In this document: one piece after another, positions 49,193 through 61,900 of the stretch
Layout of the letters: every line of letters starts with the position of its first letter
Numbering within the stretch: position 1 is the first letter of the stretch
Assembly: GCF_963853765.1 (NCBI RefSeq)
Contig: NC_088858.1
Location: 10,168,001-10,232,000, forward strand
Direction of reading: 5' to 3'
Length of the DNA stretch: 64,000 bases
DNA from: Magallana gigas
Lineage: Eukaryota
Program-made: the position numbers and the translations under genes
Notes under the pieces: generated by a model
Database searches by the model: none
What the model saw: the letters and a program-made list of their open reading frames with translations, nothing else
What the model was told of the DNA's origin: nothing

Positions 49193-52100
49193 ATGTCTCG
49201 ACCAACTTCGGGAAGACCGTCAACAGCAAAAAGTGTGGCCGTCATAGTTCCAAAGCTTTCTGGTTTTGTTTTTACAGAAAAATTGGGAAGCGGAACGTAT
49301 GCTGTTGTGTATAAAGCGTACAGAAAGGTGCAAGTGTTTTCATATTCTCATGATTTCATCAAAGTGAAAGTATCATCATATGATAATGACATATCCGTCT
49401 GCTAAAACGGTGACCCTGATAGAATCCAATCTCGTTAAATACGCCAAAATATTCACATCAGTGATATATATATATCTATAATTTACGCGAATAAAATGGA
49501 TCTTAATTTTTGTATTCGATATCGTTTTTGAAAAAAGTTAGCGTCCAATATATCTTTGTACCTCTCTACTGCAGCTGTTCTGTAACATTATTAGACAGTT
49601 TTTTTTTAAAAAATTATGCTATAGGTATGATGTTTATTGTATATTTCATTACGTAAAGTTGCACATAAGCATGCACTTTTATATGAAATATACAATTCCA
49701 AATCATGTTCTGTGTATTATTTGGAATTGCAGGGTTGTCACTAAAAATTTAAGTAGAAGGAGGAAATGAAAAAGTAGCAGGGGGTTTGGGGGTCTTCCTT
49801 ATAGCTACAATGTGTTTGAAATGCAATAATAGCCGGATAATTAAGGCATTATAGGCGGTGGAATTCCCCGCCTCCCGGGTCTTAGAGACAACCCTGGAAT
49901 TGTTGGAGCTTCAATATATATTTCAGAGTGGAAGCAGACAAGTGGTTGCCATCAAATGTGTTTTAAAAAGTTCCTTGAATAAGGCATCCACTGAAAATCT
50001 GTTAACAGAGATTGAACTTCTTAAGAAATTAAACCATGAAAACATTGTCAGACTTGAGGATTTTCAGGTACTGAATTTAAATAAAAAGTAGTAGCACAGT
50101 AAAACCATAAATATGACTTTTTCCATTTTGATTACAACTTGCATAGAATACTGTGACAATCATCTGAGAAATGATGGCTTTTGTTTCCTTTTCAATTTTA
50201 CAGTGGGATGACCAGTACATATACCTTATCATGGAGTACTGTAGTGGCGGTGATTTGTCAAACTTCATCCGCTCAAAAAGGACTCTTCCAGAAAATATCC
50301 TCAAAAGGTTTTTACAGCAGATAGGTAAATGCAAATTTATAGTTAGATTTATGAGATGAGAGTACCAACAAACTTAACGTAAGATATGTATTACATGTAG
50401 CTATCAGTATAGGACTACATGTATATTGATTTATTAAAATTAATTGTATTAGAGTATGTTTTATGTTTATGTATGTAGATAATTTTCAGATTTTGATATG
50501 TATTTTGCCACTTCCAGCAAAAGCCATGAGGTACCTACGTGAATTTAACATAGCTCACATGGATCTGAAGCCTCAAAACATTTTGTTAACTTCTGAGTAC
50601 AACCCAACCCTCAAAATTGCAGGTAAAATGGACATAATTGGGTGTGTTTAAATAAAATTCATAAAATTAGAAATTGAATAAATAATTGAATTTGCACATA
50701 TTTACTTTACTTTCACAGATTTTGGATTTTCTAAGCACTTGTTCAAAGGAGATGAGCTACATGCTATGAGAGGGTCTCCCCTATATATGGCCCCAGAAAT
50801 CATTTGTAAAGGAACTTATGACTCTCGTGTAGATCTCTGGTCCATTGGTGTAATAATCTATGGTTTGTATTGGTATCTTAACAAGATTTTTGCAAATATG
50901 AAATAGATCTATGTTATGACATTTTGGGTTATTGCATTATAATCATTCTTACTAAACAGTGCTCCATATAGAATGCTACAAGACTGTTTTCTGTAGTTTA
51001 TTAGAAACAAAAAATCATTACCGCCATATCAATTTTGGAAAGCTTATAACAGTTCATGGTAATTCAACAATTCTTCATGCATAGAGATAAAATTAGGATT
51101 AGTATGTATGGTATCTTCAGTAAAATGATCATATGAATGATTTTATTTTAGAAGAATAGTTTTGAGTTATCACCACTTTTAGAGACAACTGTTTTTAACA
51201 AACACATAGTTTATATCAGTATTGGCATTTCATAAAATACTTGTATTGTTTTATGCACTTAATACAGAATGCTTGTTTGGGAGAGCACCCTTTGCTTCAA
51301 GAACATTTAAAGAACTAGAAAATAAAATATGGGATTCAAAACCTGTTGAGGCAAGTATACATATATATTTCTTCAGAAACACACATTCATGTAATTGAAT
51401 TCTGGAAAGGAGACATGTATTTTTCTCATGAATAGTTATTTGATTTTTGAGTACATGTATTAAATGTTGTGATTGTTATAAAAAATGAAATTGTTAGTTT
51501 TTTGAAATATTAATTTACCTATTAATACCAAAGATAAGATTAAAATCTTTTTTGTCTTATTTTTATATGGATTTCTATAAATGAAAATATTTTAGTGATC
51601 TTAAATTTGCAGATACCATATGGAGTTAATGTATCTGAAAACTGCCGTGACCTAATCTTGAGGCTGCTTAGGCGGGATCCAGATGAGAGGATAACTTTTG
51701 ATGAGTTTTTTAATCACCCATTTGTAGATTTAGAACACTGTGCTTCCAATGAAAGTTTAAGTAAAGCCGTGAGTATTCTTAGTGTATACTGAAGTCCACA
51801 CTTAACATTTTAAACACCTCACACAGACAATATCCTCAGTCCGAGGATATTGTCAGTCTGAGATGTTTAGAATAGAATGTAAAGTTTTTTTTTTTTTTAA
51901 AGACGGAGAGACTGAAATATGATAATACGTACATTGTAGATATGTAAATGTGATATTACTACATTAATGATATGTATTTTTACAGGTAAATATTGTCGCT
52001 AATGCTGTCAAAAAGGACCAGAATGGAGAGTATAAAGAAGCCATCAAACTTTATTGTGATTCTCTAGGACACTTTATGCCGGCTATTCATTGTAAGTCAC

Positions 52101-53655
52101 CCTGTGAACACATGTGCCAATAATACAAATAGAGAAAAAGATATATCATTTATAAGAAGCATTGTTATTAATGTTAATAACTGATTTATAACAGACTTTT
52201 TCACATTAGAACCAAAGAAAACTTTCATGAAATGAAACTTTATATTCATTTGGTTTTATCTGTCTCATGTTATAAGTTTCCTGTATATACTATGATGATA
52301 ATTGTATTATAGGACAGAAAATTATCTACATACAGAAACAAATGTTTTTTAAAGTCAACCACTTGTCTTTGAAAATAGTTTATCTATGAAATATGAGTAG
52401 TGGTCTGATCTTTTATAATATGTCAGATGAAAAAGATGAAAGGAAAAAAGAGGCCATAAGAGCCAAGGTCAAGGACTACATGAACAGAGCAGAGGAGCTG
52501 AAGAAGCTGATGAAACCAAAGAGACCCCCACCCCCTGTTAATGGGGTCAAACGTACCATCTCAGAAGACCCAATGGAGGAACTAAGTAAGTCTTTCTGAA
52601 ATTGGCAGGAAGAGTTAGCTCCCTTATCCTATGTAATTCAGTTGTGATGGCTTGCCGCTTGGTTTAGTTTTTTGGGGTTTTTTTTTCAGCCGAACTTTGT
52701 AAAGACAATGAGGAGTTGACAGCTGCTGTGACACTTATAAGGGCAGCAGATACTGAGGTACATGCTAGTATATAGTTTTTTTTTATCCTTAGTAACAAAG
52801 TACTTCATGTAAAAGGTTATGAAACCACTGAACAATGTTTATTTGGTTTCAGAACTCACAAGAAGACTACGAACAAGCTTTGAAGCACTATGAGCTAGCC
52901 CTTTCAACTTTTATAAAGTTTCTGAAAGGTATGGTGTTGTTATTTACCATATCTTTTGAATACTTGGATATAAAGATGTTTTTAATCCAAGATATAGATC
53001 ATACAGTAAAAGGTTTGTAATATTATAGACGTACTAGTATATTTGAATGATGAATATGCATGCACTGTAATATATCATTTGATTTTAGCGCTAACATTTC
53101 AAAACAGTTCAAGACCAATACAATTCATGATACATGAATATTGAATATACAAATTACAGAGGAGAAACCTGGTCATCGTAAGGATTTGATCGGTAAATTG
53201 TCACGCAGCTGGATGGATGAGGCAGAGAAGATCAAGATGTTTCTGGATGTTCAAAATCTTCAGACGGAAGACACATCTGCCAAGGAAGAAGAAAATGAGA
53301 AAAAGTACCTATACACAGGTACTGTTTTTATTATATTTTGCCTTTTACATAGTAATTATAGGTCTGAATAGTAAACCCATGTTATGTGTTTGAATCTAAC
53401 ATTTGTAGTTTGATTTAATTAAATACCTCTTATGTATCATCACACACTCTGTATTAACTGTTGATTTTATGAAGTTACATCACACAATAATATGTCAACT
53501 TCACTCCATTTCCTCACTATGGCATGTCCAATTTGATAATTATTGAAATAGAGCAAGGAAATTTTAAGTATTAGTTTTACTGTTTAAATACTCATTTAGA
53601 TCTTCTTTTCATAAGATACTTATTTTCTTTTTCAGAAAAGTGTGGAATACAATAA
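49193..53655 (+). CDS. ULK3: Serine/threonine kinase ULK3 (kinase + two MIT domains), 490 aa; exons 49193-49327, 49927-50067, 50204-50324, 50518-50622, 50719-50862, 51268-51350, 51613-51768, 51986-52091, 52427-52585, 52690-52757, 52853-52928, 53160-53318, 53636-53655
   Basis: Kinase motifs [39 protein letters not shown] and DLWSIG; MIT-like [17 protein letters not shown]...YMNRAEELK and [12 protein letters not shown]...WMDEAEKIK; 1473 nt in frame. Confidence 0.93.
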
Positions 53656-55949
53656 CAGGCACTGAATTCTTGGTTTACTAGTTTGTGAACAGCATTCCTC
53701 AAATTCAGAGATGATGATAATGATAAATAAAATACATATATTTCTTTCTTCTTAGTTAAATGCATAATGAAAATTTCTTCATAAAGACTTTGTTATTCAT
53801 CATTGTCTTAAATATCAAATGCCATACTGTATGACTGTACTTAATTTTACACGTAAGGATTTTGTGGTATATCAATAATTTATTATATATTTTACAGAAT
53901 TTTTAATTAATAGAGATTCTTAATTGTAATTACTTGGGTGTTTTTATTGAATAATTGTTAATTGTGTAAAAATATACATGCGATCAGAATATAATGTTGG
54001 AAGATGTGTGTCTGTAAGAGAAATTGCATTTTTTCACTCCAGAGATTATATAAATGTGTTATTGGCTAAATGATTGAGTGATATGTCGGTGTATATGTTA
54101 TGCTTTGTTATTAAATGGAATCTGTTTTTGATAACTATTTTGTTGTCATTATTATTATTACAAGAAGCAAACATCACAAGAAATTAGTTTTTGTAGACAT
54201 GGAAGAACACTTTCAGTTTTGTATTCGCTAGATTTGACTTCACTAAACTTATAACGTTATTGAAATTGAACAGTTTTTTACTAAATAGCTACATATCACT
54301 GGTACTTGTTTCTGCTACATGTATAAAATTTAATCTTATGAAATACCGGTTTATTATACATGGGATAAACTTTAATGACAGAAGCAAGTTCCCCTGTTAC
54401 CAAGTACCTGTTTTTCTCAAGCACTTGGCAACAAAGCAATTACTTTTATAGGTAGATTAATTCTCGTATTATAGTGATAGTTACATTATTTATTATTGTA
54501 GTACTGTACAGGAAATTATCTACCCATAAACAGCGGATAACAAATATTGTATCGTCAAGCGCCTATATCATAATTTAACAAACGAGTTCCATTAATAATG
54601 TACAGTTTGTTCTGTCACGAAATAGCAAACAAAAGCATTGAAAATCTCCGTTTTATTCCAAAACAAAAAATCTGAAAATATATATTGAAATTAGCAAGAA
54701 AAGTGTATTTAGAGTTGGTTATGTTTACTTCATCTAATGGGATATGATACCACGTTATAAAGAGATGCTTAATTGTAAATTAAGATATATTCACACCGTA
54801 TTACATTACGTACAGTATCTATTGTTTTATGCTATATAATAAGGCAGCATTGACCTTCTATAAATATGCCTATCCTCTTAGAGAATTAGACAGCGACCAT
54901 TGTTGACACAATGAGGAAAGTCCCCTATTACTTCCAGGTCTGAAGCTCTCGGTCTGAAAAAAATATGTCTACGTCATGCCAACTCAAATTTTCCCGTCGA
55001 GCTACTGATCTGCGACTAGTTCCTGAGTTAATCACAAATAAGGCCCGAAAATGCTCATGAACGTGCACTTGAACGGGGAAGGAAAGTGCATGCAATGTCA
55101 GAAATTATGTCTAAAAAAAGAAACCGCCTTTTTGAAGCAACTTCGAGTCTCTCCTTCCTTTTTTACATATGTTCATTTCATATTAATTTTGAAGAATGGT
55201 GATCGTTTCTTGATTTTTAGGGGACCTTTGTGATATATAGTTTATTGTATACATTTTTATTTAAAAATCCAATCATCATTGAACGGAGAAGAAGAACATT
55301 CATAGGCTCCTTTTGTACAGAACTGTTGTAAGATTTTCATTAGATATTGTTTATGTGTAGTTTTCAATAGATCATATATCTATTCGTGAAATTCAAATTT
55401 GTGTTTTTTGCGTTCAAAAATCACATAGTAGATCTGTGTGTTTGCTTATAGAATATAGAATATAATATTGAAAGAAGTAAAAATGACGTTTGAGGTAACA
55501 CAACACGCTCTACGTTAATAAAAGGTGCTCATGTGTAATTATAAGTCCTTATAATGGTATATTTAACGTAGTTGCAAATATAACACAAATATTTTTAAAG
55601 TATATTTATCATAATTTCAAACTTTGTACCGAAACTGTTTTTGTACATATATAGTTACTTTCGACGTTGTTTTTTAAAAGACATTATAGTATTTTCTCAG
55701 ACAGCTATTTTGTCTTACTTTTCTTTCTAATATAATTTATTTTAACAAATAAAATAAACATGACGGCTGTTTTATTTTATCACAAGGTTAAGTACGTTGC
55801 TGAGAGCAGTTAGTTTTTTCTTATGTTAATAACTCTTGTAGATGTTAGTGCTGCCATTGTTGATGACATATTTGGATGTCAGTACGTGAAGCTGTAGGAG
55901 ACAAAACCATTTCTGAACGGTAAAATCCTGTACCAAGATTTAACACACT

Positions 55950-57120
55950 CTGCTGGAAGTTTTCTAAAAAAACACGAAATGAAACTTGGCAGCATACCGT
56001 GTACGTAGTTTTTTAATTTGTTATATACCTTTCCAAGAAAACTTATAATTTACAGTATATTTAGGTTTCACTTGCCAGGAATATTCCAGCAAAAAATGTT
56101 TTTTCTCTTCTATTTCTTACAAAGAGCATCGCCTTTCCGTCGAAATATTATAGTTCACATAATCAGATGTCTCCGCCACTCTGTGCACTGCTCTATGATG
56201 CTTCCGAGTACAAATTAAGATCCTGGTTATTAACCCAGCTTGTGTTTTCCTTAGTACAACGCCAATCTTTTATCCATCATCTTGACCGGAATCTTACTTG
56301 GTACGGACAATAGAGTGATTACCCTTCTACACGTACTTGTTGCAATCTCTCAGAGCTCTATCTTTGGGATCTCTTGGCAATCACAATTTACATGTACACC
56401 AGTCCTCAGGACCTTTCTCTCCTTCAAATCCAGCTGTGAAAAGGGGCCGCAGGATGGTGGCTGCTATTCCAGGATCCACCTTAAATAACTGTACACAAAG
56501 GTTGCCAAAATCTGTTGATTTTCTGTTTCGGCGGTCTTAATTGCATCCATTATAATAAGAGAGTGTCGATGGGCAGATCCTCTGTGGCCTCTAGCTCGGA
56601 TGACATGCAACTAATAATTGTTGATTGAGTACTTCCTGGAAGTTTCTATTTGTCTTTGGTAGGTCCTTTAGTGTTCCTCGATCTTCTCTTGTCTCTCAAG
56701 TAGTCATGAGGACTTGGTTTGCAGCTTCTTCTACTTTTTAAAACTTCCAATCCCTCTTCCAAGGCTATCAAAGTTTTTTGCTTGTCGTCTTTGTAGGTGT
56801 TGCTTTTGCCACATCTTTGCTAGCTAAGGGTTTCCGAAACACTATGCTTCTCATAAACAGCGTAGTGTATCGGAAACCTTGGCTAGCAAAGATGCTTTTG
56901 CGATGGCCTAAATAGCTTCTTCTTCCTTCTTTATATGTACAGTTTGGCGACTTTTATCCTTGTTGAGACCACATTGGATCCTTCATGTTTATCTGATATC
57001 TTCTTAAACCGCTGATGAAGGAACTTTCACGGTGTGGTCTCCCAGTCGCCGACTGTCAAATCGCGCGAACAGTGGTTGGCCTGGTCTCAGGTTTTTCCAG
57101 TTTGATCTTGATGAGTAACC
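55950..57120 (-). mobile_element. Highly decayed retroelement-like remnant (possibly DIRS-type)
   Basis: GC-richer than its flanks, with stop-riddled minus-strand peptides such as QDLNLYSEAS, reminiscent of the DIRS RNase H LYTDAS motif. Weak. Confidence 0.3.
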
Positions 57121-58903
57121 AAGTGATGACCACCGCATGTAATCTGCACTTCATATCTGAATAACTAAATTCAATTCAAAACCTTGAAAATCAGGATTAT
57201 AAATTTGTAACATTTGGAAGAAATAAAGCGCAGACTGTAGAGGTGTCTGTATACTAGAATCTGAATAATTTACGTAACCCTTTCAATTTTTGGTTTGTTA
57301 ATTTGAAGAAAGGGGGGAACAGATAAAAAAAAAGTCATTGGAGATGGCAATTTTAACATCATTGCAGCTAGTTGAATGCATGTAGCAATAATTAAGCGAT
57401 TTATGTATTAAAACATCTATATACATGGGAAAATATACTTTCACCCAGTCCCGTCAGATTTCTAACGGACGGCCTAGGGTAGGTTGGGGAGATACAAGTA
57501 TATATATGTACACATGTTAGGAGTGAAGCTGACACTCTATATTTTTACTAAATATATGTCCCTTCTGTGAAATCCTCATCTGTGACCGTCCAACCTTACG
57601 TCTGTTTAAGATTACTCCTTATATTTAACTTGTTGAATACGTAACGAAGTATGCATATTATTACAATAATAAGATTATTCTCTATTGATACGTATACATC
57701 ATATAGTGTATCAATTATATGTATAGCAATTAACCTTTCTAAGCTGGTTGAAACGATCTGATTAAAATATCAAAAGAGATTAAGAGTCCATAAATTTATA
57801 AATAACCCTTGGCTAGGCGAAGGTAATAGAGCACAGGGAAACTTTTATATCTATTAATAGCAACAAAAAATTACCAAGTTCTACTTTCATTTTATTTATT
57901 ACAACTCCATACCAGGTAAGAAAGACATTTACACTCAACTAATGAGCGAAGTTCTTGTAAAATTAATGTAATAGTTAGTATATTGTTAGATTAGAATCCA
58001 CACTCTATATAACAAAAGCACACTAGATATTTTGGCATATATGTTTATGTATGTATTCACTATATAGCAGTTTAATGGCGTACACACATATATATATAAC
58101 AATACCCCCCTTGTATTGTTTCAAAGTTTCATATATATATTTATGATTTAAAGATACATTTTATGATATAGTATGCTATTAACGAATAATTTTATGTATT
58201 TATGGAATTCATTAAATGATATCGTCGGAACACTTTTCCTCCTTGACGGATTCAGATATATATTTGGGGCTTATTTCTTGTTGGCGTAGGTTGTGGGGTC
58301 TTATTGGGGCAAATGCCCCATAGGATTAATCACACGATTAAGAGACTGAAATACTGAAATGTAGATAATTATGTAAACCGTTTATCAAATATATGTGTTG
58401 TTGACAGTACGTATACACATGTGATAACCCTTGCTTAATCACAACATTAATGAGTTGAGCTTCATCTGGTAATTGGAACTAACTTAGACAAGGCTTCGAC
58501 TCAACGCTTGAACAACCTCTGACTGATCTCACAGCCACCTGACGTTAAAAAATGTCTCTTTTTACAGAAAAATAAAACAACAAGATCAATTAGTTATTCC
58601 GACGCCAGGTGCCTGTGATTATTTGTACATCAATGCAAAATTGACGAACCCGGGCAGGCATTGATAAAAACGTAATCTAGGGGACTGAAAATGAGATAAA
58701 TAGAGCAAAGATGTATGTCGATATATAATGGTGTATGATTGTATACTGCTTTATCAAACGAGTTGAGTTTATGTTTATATTCGTCAAATGTTTCGTGCGT
58801 ACTAAGCTTTATCAAAAAGATGAACTGAAATAAAATTTTGATATCTTTTTGCATTGTAACAACATTTTTTTCTTTTACATTTTATTTCAGAGATAAACAT
58901 CCC

Positions 58904-61900
58904 ATGGCGACTTCCGACGTTAACCCAGTGTTCAAAGAGGTAATGATTTCCGCAGTCTTGACATTTCATTATCATTTCATTTCATGCCTTTTATTTAATT
59001 TTATTTTATTTAAACGATTTGTTATTTTTCAATTAGTTGCAGACTTTGACGAAAAAACTTGCGGAATTGGAGGCTTCAAACGCCAAGGTTTTGAGAAAAC
59101 TGACGGAGGACAACAAAGAAAGGTTCATGTAGTAAACAAATTATAATCTGTAAACATGATTAAACGTTTATGATATGTAGAAACTCTATTTATTGAATTC
59201 TTTACAAATTTTTAAAAGTACATTGTTTTTATATTTTTTTTTAAAAAAGGTTGGACAGTTCTTTGACCACAAATATAACAGGTATTTTTTTTATTGCCTA
59301 CTTTTCAATTGGTCAAATAGGGTTAATCCAGCAAGAAATATTTTTTCTATTATTGTTTAATTATCAGTATTATGGTACTGTTTAAATCCTGCAAACGAAT
59401 GTGAATTTAAAAGGTTTGAAAAAATATTGAATTCTTATGCATTAGCACACTGCAAACTAAAGCATGGTAAAAGTAATATAAAATGATTAGATAACATTTA
59501 ACAAAAGCAAATAGGCAACTATAACTGGAATTGACATTAAACGTTTTATATAACTGATTATTAAGATATAAAACTTTCAACTGTTGTACAGTTTCATCAT
59601 TACAATTATATCTTATAAATCATGAAAATAAAAAGATAGGGTAGAATTCTTGAATGCCTTCAAATTTCTAGCTGTAATTATTAACAATTGATTGATTGTC
59701 ATCCTTTATCTTTCATAAATGTTAATGTTGGATAAATTCTTATTTACATGCCATGTTTACACATTCCTTTGTCATTAAATGTTATTCTTTTCAAGAATTC
59801 CTCGCAAACTTAAACTCCTTGAAAATTGAAAGTGGTAGTAGAGACAAAGAATTAAGGATACTGAAAGATAATGTCTCCAAATTAAAGGAAGGAATCGCTG
59901 AACTTTCGTCAAGTATTAGCGGCTTTAAAAATGAAGACATTTCTGCGTCTTGGAATAAAGATTCTGATAATTCAAAGAGATCTGTTGACAAAACAGCAGA
60001 TAAAGAACCAAAACAAAGAACATTAACATTACCAGCTGATTCAAGTAGAAATATACCTGCTTCAGCAAATGTAGATAGCGGAAGGAAACAGGTACCAAGT
60101 GAGCAGCAGTCAGAGACGTGCCAAGAAGAGCTGGTGAGTACAGTTAAGGAGGTCATTCAGTCGCAGGGGTCTCCTGAACGACCACCCCTCTCTAGAAATA
60201 AATACGGACTCAAATATCGATCTGTGAGCATCAAGAATGACAATCGCGTGAAAGTGTTAGAAGGCAAAGAAAGAGAGACAGACCAATCTTTCCAGAATAA
60301 ATCCTCATCCCAAACAAAAGACAAACTTAATCTGCCGACGAGGGATGCAATAAAGAAACTCCAATTGACACCAAAGGCAGAAAGAACCAGCGCAAGACCG
60401 AAACAGTGAGCTTTATTATTTATGAATAAATAGGATTTGCAGTTACCGTATCTGAGAAAGATTTTTAAAATCATGTTTCGATAGCAGGAGTATAGATAAA
60501 TGAAGTTATGATTTTAAGGACGCACTGAAACACGTTTTACTTTTGGTTTGTTATTTCACTAGGCAGTCTTATATGATGATTATATAACATAACATTTCAG
60601 GAAACCTCATCCTTTATCAACCAAGAACGAGTACAGAAACCTCGGTAAGATTGTCGCAATTTTTTTTTTGGTGAGCGACAATGTCATCTAAGTAACTGAA
60701 ATTTATTATTTTTTTTTCAGCCGGGTTAAATAAAGATCCGGACGATGTTAATGAAGTTAAAGACTTGAATAGCTGGAAAAGATTAGCAGAAGAAGAAAAA
60801 CTAAAGGGTGCGTTCATACACATAGTTGCAAAGTTTAACCAGTAACTGAATGTTTGAAACTAGAAAGTATTGTTTTGTAATGTTTTTGTTTTGTTTTAGA
60901 TTTAATTCAATAAAATGAATTTATTTTGTTCTCTTTGATTACCAGTAACTTGCAAAAAGGATCAAGTTTAATCAATACTGAAACTTTATCGATTTTATTG
61001 AATTTCATTTCAGGTCAAATTCTAAGTCCATTGAAGAAAGGGAAAGGACCGGATACTTGTTTATTGTTAGATATGTCTGGAAGTATGACGGGAGAACCAT
61101 TTAATGAAATGATGGCGGCAGTTAGAGTATTTGTGGAAGGTAATTTAATTTAGACTTATATGCCGAAAACATGTTTTACGGCAGCTGGATTCAATAAAAA
61201 TAATTTTCATATTTTTATCTTAAAGGTATATCAACCATATCCGTAGCATTGGGGATTAACGAAAACATAGGAATTGCTACGTTTGGGACACAGACAGAAG
61301 TAGTACTACATATGACGAATGAATATGACAAAGTTCTAGAAGCACTTGGTAAAAGAAATCGTAGATCATAATTCATTCCCAGATGAGACCAAAAATTTAA
61401 CATCTTCAAAATTCAGTTTTGTTTCGATACCAATACAAAATATCTATACTTTACAGAATTAATGTTTCCTTCTGGACCCTCTCCTATGGCCGCTGGACTG
61501 TACATGGCACTAGCATGCTGTCTGGGTCACGGTATGGACATCTTGCTCCATTTGAAATAGATAACTATTTCATTGATATTTTTGTACATTTCATACTGAT
61601 CCATATAATTATTAGGTCACCTAACAACTATAGGAAAAATTCCAGTAGGGGGCAGAATCATTCTGTTCAGTGATGGTAAAGGAACACCTGACACCACAAC
61701 AGCAGGAGAGGATGATCTCGAGTCAACGTTTGAATTTATGGTTAACTATATTTTCAGCAAAATCCAAGAATTTATATGTTTAATTTTAGTTAATTTCAAA
61801 GCAAAGACCTCGCCACAGGATCGTGAGGCAGTTTTATACTGAGGTCAAAATTTGTTCATTACACCACCTGTAGATTTTGTCATACCTATCAATTCAAAAC

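Noticed and set aside
54860-55060. GC-richer patch downstream of ULK3 as a tRNA or SINE
   Set aside because: No cloverleaf or clear A/B boxes found; no rRNA or tRNA gene is supportable anywhere in the window.
59791-60474. Minus-strand ORFs of 121 and 105 aa
   Set aside because: Antisense shadows of the 610-nt exon of the vWA gene.
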